Source: a virus (lineage: Duplodnaviria > Caudoviricetes). Taken from it: a stretch of DNA of 54,158 nt. Position numbers and translations under genes: made by a program. Shown one piece after another: positions 37,724-47,702 of the stretch. Within the stretch, counting starts at the first letter, position 1. Every line of letters begins with the position of its first letter. Under the pieces are notes generated by a model that ran no database searches, was not told the DNA's origin, and saw nothing but the letters and a program-made list of their open reading frames with translations. Where the stretch lies: positions 1 through 54,158 of IMG/VR virus record IMGVR_UViG_3300022200_000061; one strand, 5' to 3'.

Positions 37724-39589
37724 TTGGTTGACGTAAGCATATTTGATATTGAGGGAGATGGTCTAGTCCCTACTAAAATCCACTGCCTATCCATCAATAA
37801 CAAGGATGGCAGTAAGTCTACCACAAACTATAACAATATGAGGAAGTTCTTTACGAAGGCTGAGGTACTTGTTGGTCACAACATTACCCTGTGGGACATA
37901 CCACAAGTAGAAAGACTTCTGAATATCAAAGTAACAGCTTTGTTAGTAGATACACTGGCGTTGTCATGGTATCTATACCCAAAGATGGTGAAGCACGGCC
38001 TCGAATTTTGGGGCGAAGAGTTTGGTGTTCCTAAACCGCCCATCACTGATTGGGATAACCTGAGCATCGAAGAATATATCCATCGTTGTGAAGAAGATGT
38101 TAAGATTAACAAGCTTCTTTGGGATAAAATGTGGAGGTATCTGAATGACATCTATGACACTGAAGAAGAAATCTGGGAGTTCATTCGTTACCTAGCCGCT
38201 AAGATGGATTGTGCTAGAGAGCAGGAGAGTAGTAAATGGAAGCTCGACGTTGAGCAATGCACTACAGCGCTTGAAAGCCTACTATCAATTCAGGCTGAAA
38301 CTACTGCAAAGCTTGTCTCTGCAATGCCAAAAGTTGAGAAGTATGCCAGTAAATCTCGTCCAGCACGACCTTTTAAGAAAGACGGAAGCTATTCATCAAC
38401 AGGAGCGAGATGGTTTGCTCTTGTTAGACGACGCTATCCAGAACTTTCAGAAGAAGACGTTGTTACATGGGACGGAGAAATAAAAGAACTGATAGCCACT
38501 GAGGATGGTAATCCTAACAGCCATGTGCAAGTTAAGGATTGGTTGTTCTCACTTGGCTGGAAGCCGGAGACATTTAAGTATGATCGAGATAAAGACACAG
38601 GGGATATTCGCAAGATTCCTCAGATCAATTTGGAGCAAGGTGCTGGTCTATGTCCTAGCGTTAGCAAGCTGGATGATGATGGTATTCAGTACCTCGATGG
38701 ACTCGGTGTTGTTTCTCATCGGATTTCCATCCTTCGTGGTTTTCTTTCTTCTTGCAATGAAGATGGATATATTGCAGCTTCAATCGCTGGATTAACAAAC
38801 ACTCTAAGGTTCAAACATAAAACTGTTGTCAACCTTCCAAAAGTTGGCAAGGCATATGGTGATATTATTCGTGGTGTGTTGACCGCTCCCGATGGCTATG
38901 AGCTGTGTGGGAGCGATATGGCGTCTCTTGAAGATCGTCTTAAGCAACACTACCTATACGATTACGATCCAGATTATGTAAATGAAATGAACCGAGAGGG
39001 GTATGACCCTCACCTAAGCCTAGCTGTATTGGCTAAGGCTATTAACGAAGAACAGATGGAAGCCTATATCAATGGGACGGATAAGTCTATCAAACCTATT
39101 CGTGACATCTTCAAGAGCGGTAACTACGCATGTCAGTATGGGGCAGGGCCACCAAGGCTTGCTCTTACAGCAGACATTAAGATCAGCGTAGCCAAGATGG
39201 TACATAAAGCATACTGGGATAAGAACTGGGCGATTAAGGAAGTGGCTAAGAACCAACGTGTTCGTACAGTCAAGGGCCAAATGTGGCTACAAAATCCAAT
39301 CAGTAAATTCTGGTATGCTCTACGAACCGAGAAGGATATCTTCTCTACACTAGTACAAGGGAGTGCCTCATATGTTTTCGACCTTTGGGTCGCTACTTTC
39401 CGCCGCCATCGGCCTCAGCTCACAGCTCAATTCCACGATGAGGTTGTCCTCTGCGTACGAAAAGGAAGCCAAGATAAAGCTACAGCACTACTACGCGGTG
39501 CAATTGATGAGACGAATGAACGGCTCAAACTCAACAGGGAGCTTGGGATTGATGTCCAATTTGGCTCCCGGTACTCTGAAATCCATTAG
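37724..39589 (+). CDS. DNA polymerase family A (T7-like)
   Basis: Exo DIE, GHN, DTL; motif A DMASLEDR, motif B R...KSGNYACQYG, motif C HDE. Confidence 0.95.
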   Translation: MVDVSIFDIEGDGLVPTKIHCLSINNKDGSKSTTNYNNMRKFFTKAEVLVGHNITLWDIPQVERLLNIKVTALLVDTLALSWYLYPKMVKHGLEFWGEEFGVPKPPITDWDNLSIEEYIHRCEEDVKINKLLWDKMWRYLNDIYDTEEEIWEFIRYLAAKMDCAREQESSKWKLDVEQCTTALESLLSIQAETTAKLVSAMPKVEKYASKSRPARPFKKDGSYSSTGARWFALVRRRYPELSEEDVVTWDGEIKELIATEDGNPNSHVQVKDWLFSLGWKPETFKYDRDKDTGDIRKIPQINLEQGAGLCPSVSKLDDDGIQYLDGLGVVSHRISILRGFLSSCNEDGYIAASIAGLTNTLRFKHKTVVNLPKVGKAYGDIIRGVLTAPDGYELCGSDMASLEDRLKQHYLYDYDPDYVNEMNREGYDPHLSLAVLAKAINEEQMEAYINGTDKSIKPIRDIFKSGNYACQYGAGPPRLALTADIKISVAKMVHKAYWDKNWAIKEVAKNQRVRTVKGQMWLQNPISKFWYALRTEKDIFSTLVQGSASYVFDLWVATFRRHRPQLTAQFHDEVVLCVRKGSQDKATALLRGAIDETNERLKLNRELGIDVQFGSRYSEIH

Positions 39590-39603
39590 TAAAGGAAAAT
39601 TTA

Positions 39604-40296
39604 ATGGCACTTAATGCACGTAAAGTAAAGAATACTTCTGGCCCCAAGGCCCCACTGCTTGATGAGGGTGCATATCCTGCACGTCTTGTTCAGGTAATTG
39701 ACCTTGGCCTACAGCCACAGGAATATAAGGGCGAGACTAAGCCCCCTAAGAATGAAATGTGGCACACATATGAACTCTCTGATGAGTTTATGCCCGGTGA
39801 AGATGGTGAACCAGATGAGACGAAGCCACGTTGGTTGTCTGAACGTCTGCCACTGAACAGCCTTGGTAGTGATCTCGCTAAGTCCACTAAGCGTTACTAC
39901 GCTCTGGACCCCAAGGAAGAACACGATGGTGATTGGACTGCACTGCTTGGTAGCCCAGCTATCCTTGCTGTCACTGTCAACGGTGAATACAATAACATCG
40001 GTGGCACCTCCACTATGCGTCCCAAGGAAGCGGCCAAGTGTCCTGAGCTGGTGAACGATACGAAGGTGTTCTCTATGGATGATCCTGATGTTGAGGTATT
40101 CCTCAGCCTTCCAGACTTCCTGCAGAAGATCATCAAGGATGGCCTTGAGTTTGAAGGCAGTAAGCTTGATGGCCTTCTGGCTAAGCATAAGGGTGGTGAT
40201 AAGCCAGTATCCAAGACGAAGGAGGTAGTCGAAGATGATAACATCCCTTTTGATAATGAGCCTGAAGCTGACACCGATGATGGAGACGAATGGTAA
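39604..40296 (+). CDS. Probable single-stranded DNA-binding protein
   Basis: GAYPARLVQVIDLG; acidic tail ending in Trp; follows polymerase. Confidence 0.6.
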   Translation: MALNARKVKNTSGPKAPLLDEGAYPARLVQVIDLGLQPQEYKGETKPPKNEMWHTYELSDEFMPGEDGEPDETKPRWLSERLPLNSLGSDLAKSTKRYYALDPKEEHDGDWTALLGSPAILAVTVNGEYNNIGGTSTMRPKEAAKCPELVNDTKVFSMDDPDVEVFLSLPDFLQKIIKDGLEFEGSKLDGLLAKHKGGDKPVSKTKEVVEDDNIPFDNEPEADTDDGDEW

Positions 40297-40610
40297 TGGT
40301 TGATAAGAAAGACTACATCCACCCCATGTCCTTTGTATTTGTCAACACTGACAAGTTCGAGGCTGAAGAAGGTGGTGTGAAGAAGGGTGACGTTCTCTTT
40401 GTGGTGGGCACACGTGCCCTTCCACTGTCCAAGGAAGACCCTTACACCCAGCGTGTGTTCATTATGGCTCAGCCAGTTGTTGATGATTACATTGATACCA
40501 CTGGTAAGGTGTACATCCTCGATCCTCTCAGCGTAACTAACGTTGAAGAGGGAGAGGCTAAGCGCCTTATGGAACTCGCTCAGGAACGTGCTAATGCGAC
40601 TCTTCAGTAA
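40290..40610 (+). CDS. Hypothetical protein
   Basis: Coupled ORF, phage codon bias. Confidence 0.65.
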   Translation: MVMVDKKDYIHPMSFVFVNTDKFEAEEGGVKKGDVLFVVGTRALPLSKEDPYTQRVFIMAQPVVDDYIDTTGKVYILDPLSVTNVEEGEAKRLMELAQERANATLQ

Positions 40611-40873
40611 GGTTGGTTGGTGGGTGTTTGATAACATTCCACTTGGTAATCTGGCACCCTATTGGTTTGGAATGTTGATTGGCCGTTGGCCCCACCGCGT
40701 AAAGGATAAGTGATGTATACAGTCTACCTTAAGGGCAAGTACTCTCCACACGGCACTGACTGGATGCACGGGGAGAGCGTCCGACACACTTCCACTGGCA
40801 TCTGGGTTTACCCAAGCTTCTACGACAGCAAGCCTACATTCTTTCCGTGGTCTAGTGTAGAACGGGTAGGATA

Positions 40874-41785
40874 ATGGTTCAGCCACTGATCGACGGTGAC
40901 ATCTTCTGTTACGAAATCGGTAGCGTGGGTCAGTACTTCCACGAGACTGAAACAAATGAAGATGGTACACCTAAATTGGTCATCCGGTCCTTTGACTGGG
41001 TGGCTGAGACACTAGACCAACGGATAAAGGACATTTGCGAGGCCGTAGGAGCCACTACAGCGCCTTTAGTGTACCTCACTGGGGATGAACGCCTCTGGAA
41101 GATGAAACGCCGTGTACGGCCTTCTCTGCCAGAGTATGCTCCCAACTTCCGTATTGCTGGTGCAGTCAGTAAGGAGTATAAGGGTGGACGAAAAGTTGAT
41201 AAGCCTTATCATTACAACAATATTCGTGCTTACCTCATGGTTCATTATCAAGCTTACGTGGCCAATGGTATGGAAGCTGATGATGCAATGGCGATTGAAC
41301 AAACGAAGAGGTATGATCCATCCCACGCGGACGATTATTCTTCCGCACAAACCATCATCTGTACCCGAGATAAAGACCTCCGACAAGTTCCCGGATGGCA
41401 CTACGGTTGGGAGTGTGGTAAACAGGCTGAATTTGGACCCCACCATTATGACAGCCTTGGAACGATCGAGCTTGATCGCTCAAAGAAGCCACCAAAAATC
41501 ATTGGTGGAGGATTTGCATTCTTTTGTTCACAGCTCATCACAGGAGATGTCGTTGACAACATCGGAGGGCTACCAAAACGCGGGCCTGTTGCCGTGGTTA
41601 ATATATTGGGAGGCAAAGAGACATCTTCCGAACTGCTCAATGCAGTGGTCAACGAGTACAAGATCGTTTATCCTGACGCGTGGAAGGAACGACTAAGGGA
41701 GCAGTGCAATCTGTTGTGGATGGTGCGTGGGTATAGTGAGGATGGCACATTGAAAATGTTTAACCCAAAGGATATCGGCGAATGA
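40874..41785 (+). CDS. 5'-3' exonuclease (T7 gp6-like)
   Basis: LIDGD, YKG.R, EADD, DKDLRQVPG, GD.VDNI.G. Confidence 0.9.
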   Translation: MVQPLIDGDIFCYEIGSVGQYFHETETNEDGTPKLVIRSFDWVAETLDQRIKDICEAVGATTAPLVYLTGDERLWKMKRRVRPSLPEYAPNFRIAGAVSKEYKGGRKVDKPYHYNNIRAYLMVHYQAYVANGMEADDAMAIEQTKRYDPSHADDYSSAQTIICTRDKDLRQVPGWHYGWECGKQAEFGPHHYDSLGTIELDRSKKPPKIIGGGFAFFCSQLITGDVVDNIGGLPKRGPVAVVNILGGKETSSELLNAVVNEYKIVYPDAWKERLREQCNLLWMVRGYSEDGTLKMFNPKDIGE

Positions 41786-42338
41786 AGTTGTATGTTGTGT
41801 CGGGCCAAACTGAAAGTGGTGACGACTATGTTTTCATTTGGCAAAATGAGCCTACTAAAGAGCAGATTGAAGCAGTTGGTTGGCCAGAAGAGATGGAGGC
41901 TGGCACTATGAATTTGCCATCATCTGCACAAGGTTACGAAACGGAGGATTAATGGCTAACATCACCTTGCCTAGAGGAAGTAGAAACCGTTGGTATTTCG
42001 TTATTGTTATGCCACTAGATAAGAACGGCTACGGCCCAAGTTCGGACAAGGCTTGCCATAAAATAACATGGGAGGTGTGGGATCAGGTGTGCGATACCTT
42101 TGGGTCGTACGATTATTTGTCTGATGCTATTGACCGAGCTGAAGAACTTAACGAGGAATATTATGGCTAAGTATGTTGAATACAAATCCAAGAAATTCAA
42201 ACTCCAGAAGGATGGGATTGCTTGGGCTAAGAAGATTAAGGCAAGCTTCAAGGGCGCTAAGACCATGAAGGTTGAGACTAACTATAACGCTAACAATGAA
42301 CTTGAACCGTGGACAGCCATCGTGCTGATGAAGCAGTA

Positions 42339-42755
42339 ATGGCAAGGCCATCAGGCCCTAAGACACGATGTAATGGTACATGGACTGAAGCTAAATTTCG
42401 TTCGTTCATTCGTGGCAATCTGCGGCGGGTGTCCATGAAATGGGCTCCAATTCAAACAACACTAGGCAAAGCACGGGTGAGTAGAGGTTTCTACCAGTGT
42501 GCTGGCCCTTGTCAGGAGATAGTCCCCGCTACTACTAAGGTAGATGGTAAGCGTGTGAAGAATGTTCACGTGGATCATATCGAACCAGTTATCGACCCAG
42601 TAGTTGGGTGGGTATCATGGGATAGCCTTATTGAACGTATGTTCGTAGAGGAAGAAAACCTACAAGTACTATGTGATGCTTGCCATAAGGCAAAGACAGA
42701 TGAAGAAAAAGCTGCAGCAAAGCAGCGTAGAGACGGAGAAAAAGACTTTGAGTAA
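42339..42755 (+). CDS. HNH endonuclease
   Basis: VDHIEP...NLQVLC..CH..KT. Confidence 0.8.
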   Translation: MARPSGPKTRCNGTWTEAKFRSFIRGNLRRVSMKWAPIQTTLGKARVSRGFYQCAGPCQEIVPATTKVDGKRVKNVHVDHIEPVIDPVVGWVSWDSLIERMFVEEENLQVLCDACHKAKTDEEKAAAKQRRDGEKDFE

Positions 42756-42989
42756 TACTTTCAATGGCTACGGGTTGTTCAACGATGTACTTAACCCAAC
42801 CCTAAAGACTTGGAACCAAGCTAATGTGTTCATGAATGTTCGTCAGAACCATGGCCCAGAGGTTGGTATGAGTTACCTCCGTAAACTTAAGCGTAAGGAT
42901 CAGGTAGCCTTGCATCAGCTTATGTCCCACATTCAAGCTCACGGCTACGAACAGACCCGTCGTGACATTATGCGAAAGAACAATGCCTA

Positions 42990-43337
42990 ATGAAGATTGC
43001 AATAGATTACGACAATACATACACCGAAGACCCAGAGTTTTGGTATGAGTTTATGTCTAACGCTCGTGCCAAGGGTTATGAGGCGTTCATCGTGACATAT
43101 CGAGATGAGCGATATGATATGACTGATGGGCTTGAGTTTCTTATTGAAGATGACTTTGAAGTCTACTTCACCCGTGGTGTTGCTAAGAAGTGGTGGATGC
43201 AGCAATTCGCTAAATGGGAACATAAGAGCGTCAGTGTTTGGATTGACGACAAGCCAGAAGCCATCCTTAACAACTCTTCCCTCGACGTTGAAGGTTTAGC
43301 AGCATGGCGTGAGGAGAATGCTCGTGTCAGTGCTTAA
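42990..43337 (+). CDS. HAD-family phosphatase-like protein
   Basis: IAIDYDNT, VT.R, K, WIDD motifs. Confidence 0.75.
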   Translation: MKIAIDYDNTYTEDPEFWYEFMSNARAKGYEAFIVTYRDERYDMTDGLEFLIEDDFEVYFTRGVAKKWWMQQFAKWEHKSVSVWIDDKPEAILNNSSLDVEGLAAWREENARVSA

Positions 43338-43653
43338 GACGGATAGCGCATCCCGTAAGAAGTACCCAATGGCCCGTGGGTTGTTGGACTATTTCCCAGA
43401 CGCGCTGGCTGAAGTATCCAAGGTGAGCTATCTTGGTAATGAGAAACACAATCCCGGAGAGGAGATGCACCATGCACGAGGCAAGTCTATGGATCACGCT
43501 GACTGTATCGTTCGTCATCTCGTTGGTCGGGGCGGTTTTGATGGGGAGGTGCGGGAGTCCGCAGCCTTGGCTTGGCGAGCCCTCGCCCTCCTACAAGAAG
43601 AACTAGAGAATGAATTGAATCTTCCACTACCTCGTGGAGCCAAGAAGGAGTAA
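43324..43653 (+). CDS. dATP/dGTP diphosphohydrolase-like protein (DUF5664-like)
   Basis: YFPDALAEVSKVS..GNEKH, RHL, AWRALA; start codon uncertain. Confidence 0.7.
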   Translation: MSVLKTDSASRKKYPMARGLLDYFPDALAEVSKVSYLGNEKHNPGEEMHHARGKSMDHADCIVRHLVGRGGFDGEVRESAALAWRALALLQEELENELNLPLPRGAKKE

Positions 43654-43658
43654 TTGTA

Positions 43659-44432
43659 ATCGCACGTATTCTAATCCTAGATATTGAGACAAGCCCCAAC
43701 ATTGCTTACGTATGGCGCTTCTTTAAGGAGAACGTCGGTGCTAAGCAGGTGTTGGAGAATGGCACAGTGCTGTCCTTCGCTGCTAAGTGGCTTGACAGTA
43801 ATGAAATCTACTATCAGGACGTAAGTAACGATAGTGAACTGAATATGATGAAGGTGTTGTTCAAGCTTCTGGATGAAGCAGACATTGTTATTGCCCACAA
43901 TGGTGATAAGTTTGATCTGCCACACATTCAGGGACGTGGTGTTGTCCTTGGCCTTAAGCCGCCCGCACCATACAAGACTGTAGATACAGTGAAGGTGGCT
44001 CGCTATGAGTTCAACTTCCCATCCAATTCTCTTGAGTACTTGGCCAAGGTGCTTAAGCTCAAGAACAAGAAGGATGGGCACCAGAAGTTCCCCGGCTTTG
44101 AGCTGTGGCTTGGTGTACTTGCCAACAACCCTGAAGCATGGGCTGAGATGCGAGAGTATAATGTTCAGGACATTCTCGTCCTAGAAGAACTGTACCTCAA
44201 GATGCGTCCTTGGATGCGTCGTCATCCCAACGTTGGTGTGTTTGAAGACAATGAAAAGGTTGTATGTCCGAAGTGTGGTGGTGATCATCTCCAGTATCGT
44301 GGGTATGCTCATACTAGTGTGGGACGCTTCCGTCGGTTCCAATGTAATGGCTGTGGTGGTTGGGGTCGTACCCGAACTTCTGTCTATCCGAAAGAACTAA
44401 GGGAGAACCTTGTTGTCAACGTGGCTAACTAA
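43659..44432 (+). CDS. RNase H-like / DnaQ-like exonuclease with C-terminal Zn ribbon; non-canonical (ATC/ATT) start
   Basis: ARILILDIETSP upstream of annotated GTG; AHNGDKFD, DT, YNVQD; CPKC...CNGC. Confidence 0.82.
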   Translation: MARILILDIETSPNIAYVWRFFKENVGAKQVLENGTVLSFAAKWLDSNEIYYQDVSNDSELNMMKVLFKLLDEADIVIAHNGDKFDLPHIQGRGVVLGLKPPAPYKTVDTVKVARYEFNFPSNSLEYLAKVLKLKNKKDGHQKFPGFELWLGVLANNPEAWAEMREYNVQDILVLEELYLKMRPWMRRHPNVGVFEDNEKVVCPKCGGDHLQYRGYAHTSVGRFRRFQCNGCGGWGRTRTSVYPKELRENLVVNVAN

Positions 44433-44777
44433 TTTCGCTATCTACTACCTAGCTGTCGGCTATGTGGTGAATAATATTATTGGCCTTATGGCCATCTATG
44501 GCAGTGGTGGACGAATGGGTGTCGATATTGGGGCATTCATTCTAACCATCCCCACTTGGCCCTACACATTGTATCAGGCTATTGGTGGCCTGTTCGGAGA
44601 GGAGTAATATGACTGAGATTGTACTGGCTTTTCTAATGGTGTTCACAGGCAATGGCACGTATGTGCTAGAGACTGTAACCTCTATGCCTCTGAGCCAATG
44701 TCTTGATGAAGCTGGCAAGGTCAACTTTGACGACACACATAACTATGTGATGTTCTGTGGACCAGCAGGAGAGACTG

Positions 44778-45452
44778 TTGAAGGTTGATCTTATTGATGT
44801 GATGGGTGACGATCTCCGAGTGGTTAATTCCGCTCGGGTGTCGTTCGATAAGGAGAGTGGTCTAGATTACTCTATCGAAGATGAGGGGGAGCTAAGTTCT
44901 AAAGATATCAAGCTCCTTAACTATCTAGCCAAGCATGGACACTGGACACCATTCAGCCATGTACAGATCACTATGCGTGAGACTGTCCCTATCTTCATCG
45001 CTCGTCAGCGGTTCAAGCATATGGTGGGGTTCACTTACAATGAAGTATCTCGAAGGTACGTCTCTGACGAGCCGTCCTTCTTCGTACCGGAGTCGTGGCG
45101 TAAGGCTGCTGATAATGTAAAGCAGGGCAGTAGTGACGAGACTGTAGAGCGCCATCCGTTGGCGGCTTACACTATTGCTGAAGCTTACGAGCAAGCAGTA
45201 GGGGCTTGTCAATCGTGCTACAATACAATGCTTGAAGCAGGTGTAGCCCCTGAGCAAGCCCGTATGGTGTTGCCTCAGTCTATGTACACCAGTTACTATG
45301 TGACGGGCTCTCTTGCAGCCTGGGCTCGGGCCTACAAGCAGCGTATTGACTCTCACGCACAGAAGGAAATCCAAGACCTTGCTCGTGAATGGGGTCGTGC
45401 TTTTGAACAACTGCCCCAGCTAAAACATTCGTGGGAGGCGCTAGTAGCATGA
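44778..45452 (+). CDS. thyX: Flavin-dependent thymidylate synthase
   Basis: VVNSARVSF, HWTPFSH, NEVSRRY, EQARMVLP, HAQKEI. Confidence 0.93.
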   Translation: MKVDLIDVMGDDLRVVNSARVSFDKESGLDYSIEDEGELSSKDIKLLNYLAKHGHWTPFSHVQITMRETVPIFIARQRFKHMVGFTYNEVSRRYVSDEPSFFVPESWRKAADNVKQGSSDETVERHPLAAYTIAEAYEQAVGACQSCYNTMLEAGVAPEQARMVLPQSMYTSYYVTGSLAAWARAYKQRIDSHAQKEIQDLAREWGRAFEQLPQLKHSWEALVA

Positions 45453-45628
45453 AGGTCAAATTTGATGTAGATGAGGAAGGTAGGTCAACTATGGTCTACC
45501 TTTCTGATGATGGAAAACACTCCTGTGACGCTGTGTATATGACCAACGGGCTGACCTTGCCAATTGAACAGTTGGAAAGCCGTATAGAAAGAGCCAAGGA
45601 AGCCGAGAAAAACTATTTGGAAAATTTC

Positions 45629-45656
45629 CTCACAAACAACTAAGATAGTCGGTATA
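45629..45656 (+). promoter_or_regulatory. Putative phage-sigma promoter upstream of EndoVII-type gene
   Basis: CTCACAAACA-N12-GGTATA. Confidence 0.72.
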
Positions 45657-45686
45657 CATAACTACCACTAAACAAAAGGATGGTAG

Positions 45687-46145
45687 ATGAAAATTCAGGG
45701 ATCACCCTGTCCCATATGTAACCGAGCTAGAGAATATGTGTCGGAGGTAAACGCTGCCAAAGGAAAGGGTAAGCCATGTCGATCTTGTGCCAACTCAATT
45801 AAGGGTGGTGGGGTCGGATGGAGTCCTCTTTGTGCAGACTGTGGGATAAGGGCTAAAACAGGTAAACACAACTCGCAGTGTAAAGAGTGCCATAATAAAC
45901 GTAGTAGTAAGTATCACAAAGAAGTTTATCGTTGGGCTAAGTACGGCCTGAATGGGCCAATAGCCATGGCCGAATGTGAAATTTGCAAAGCAGTTGAAGA
46001 CCTAGTTATTGATCATTGCCATGACACACAAGTAGTAAGGGGTGTGCTGTGTCGTACATGCAATATGGCTCTAGGGCTGCTTAAAGAAAATAAAAACAAT
46101 GTAAGGAGTGCCTTAAAATATGCAGAACGAACATTCAACAATTGA
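45687..46145 (+). CDS. Endonuclease VII-family protein (probable free-standing homing endonuclease)
   Basis: CEIC...IDHCH...VRGVLCRTCNMALG plus N-terminal Cys pairs. Confidence 0.8.
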   Translation: MKIQGSPCPICNRAREYVSEVNAAKGKGKPCRSCANSIKGGGVGWSPLCADCGIRAKTGKHNSQCKECHNKRSSKYHKEVYRWAKYGLNGPIAMAECEICKAVEDLVIDHCHDTQVVRGVLCRTCNMALGLLKENKNNVRSALKYAERTFNN

Positions 46146-47235
46146 TTTGCCCAAAGACATTTTGAGTCAGGTCACTATTTTTGGCAAGTATGCCCGACAC
46201 ATCCCATCACTCAACCGTCGTGAGACTTGGGCTGAGATTATTGAACGAAACAAGCTGATGCATCAGCAGAAGTATCCCAACATTGCTGACCTGATTGATG
46301 AGGTATATGATCGCTCGGTACTGACGAAACACATCCTTCCTTCTATGCGGTCCCTACAGTTCGCAGGAGTCCCTATTGAACGTAATCCTTCTCGCATTTA
46401 CAATTGTGCGTATCTCCCTATTGAGGACACTGATGCGTTTGCTGAGATCATGTTTCTACTTCTTGGTGGAACAGGGGTCGGCTATTCTGTACAAGATCGA
46501 CATGTATCGAAACTACCTGTTGTCTGCGGACCTAAGGGCAAGCCACGTCGCTATGTCATCGGAGATTCAATCGAAGGCTGGGCAGATGCTGTTAAAGTTC
46601 TTATTGAAGCATATTTCAATGGCAAGGCCGGAGTAAATTTTGACTATGGAGACATCCGAGAAAAAGGAAGTGAGCTTGTCACCTCAGGAGGCAAAGCTCC
46701 GGGACCAGAACCACTACGAGAATGCCTCAACCGAGTACGAGATGTTCTTGAGGGAAGTATCGGACGGAAACTCAGCCCAATCAATGCTCATGACATCGCT
46801 TGTTATCTCGCTGATGCTGTACTTGCTGGGGGTATCCGTCGGGCTGCTATGATTAGCCTGTTCTCGATTGACGATGAAGAAATGATTGGAGCTAAGAGTA
46901 GTTCGGTTGTATCCAACCTCATAAGTCGAGAGGATGTAGATAATAAAACCATAAAGCTTTGTATCGAACAAGGTGGTATTGTCTATAACGATATTCTTGT
47001 CAAGCGGGCCAAGGAAACAGATAAGTATTGGGACATTGAGCAGTATGAGCGAGACGGAACATTCGGATGGTGGGTCACGAACCCACAGCGATCACGAGCT
47101 AATAACAGCGTTGTCCTCCTACGAGGGCACGTCAGTGAGGGACGTTTTAAAGAGCTTTGGGACCGAGTTCGAGCTTCGGGTGCGGGTGAGCCGGGGTTCT
47201 ACTGGACGAACAATCTCGATTGGGGCACTAACCCT
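46120..47235 (+). CDS. nrdJ: Class II (AdoCbl-dependent, monomeric-type) ribonucleotide reductase, exon 1
   Basis: RRETW, LPSMRSLQF, YNCAY, GGIRRAAMI, GEPG; ends ...WGTNP. Confidence 0.9.
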
Positions 47236-47313
47236 GGTTTCTAAACAGGGGTTATAAAACGAATTGAATTCAGGGGATATCCAGAACGGACAATCCTGAG
47301 CTAAGCTTTTATT

Positions 47314-47341
47314 CTCACAAACAGGTGATTTCTAAGGTATA
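47314..47341 (+). promoter_or_regulatory. Intron-internal phage-sigma promoter for the HNH gene
   Basis: CTCACAAACA-N12-GGTATA 31 nt before the HNH ATG. Confidence 0.72.
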
Positions 47342-47372
47342 TGTATGTAGGGACTAACCAACAGGAGCTACA

Positions 47373-47702
47373 ATGAATACCTATAACTACGAAATTAACG
47401 AAGACGGGTCTATTATATCCAAGCACACTGGCAATCAAATCTATGTGGCTACGTGCAAGAAGGGGTATAGCAGAGTGAGGTTGAAACATGCTGATGGTGG
47501 TAAGCCACACTTGGTGCATAGGCTTATTGCCTTAAAGTTTATACCTAATCCCGACAACCTTCCTCAAGTTAATCACAAAGACGGTAACAAAAGTAATAAC
47601 CGCGCTGATAACTTAGAGTGGGTGACTAATAAACGTAACTGCGAACATGCTGTAGCCAACGGGCTTTATCATGTCACCAGAAAAGCGTGTGAGAATAATT
47701 GA
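47373..47702 (+). CDS. Intron-encoded HNH homing endonuclease
   Basis: VHRLIA..FIPNP...VNHKDGNKSNN...NLEW; AGGAG RBS. Confidence 0.9.
   Translation: MNTYNYEINEDGSIISKHTGNQIYVATCKKGYSRVRLKHADGGKPHLVHRLIALKFIPNPDNLPQVNHKDGNKSNNRADNLEWVTNKRNCEHAVANGLYHVTRKACENN

Noticed and set aside
43324-43653. Z-base (2-aminoadenine) or other modified-DNA pathway
   Set aside because: No PurZ, DatZ-like HD enzyme or deazaguanine genes recognised
46900-47064. Intein in NrdJ
   Set aside because: Too short and lacks the C-terminal His-Asn plus Cys/Ser/Thr
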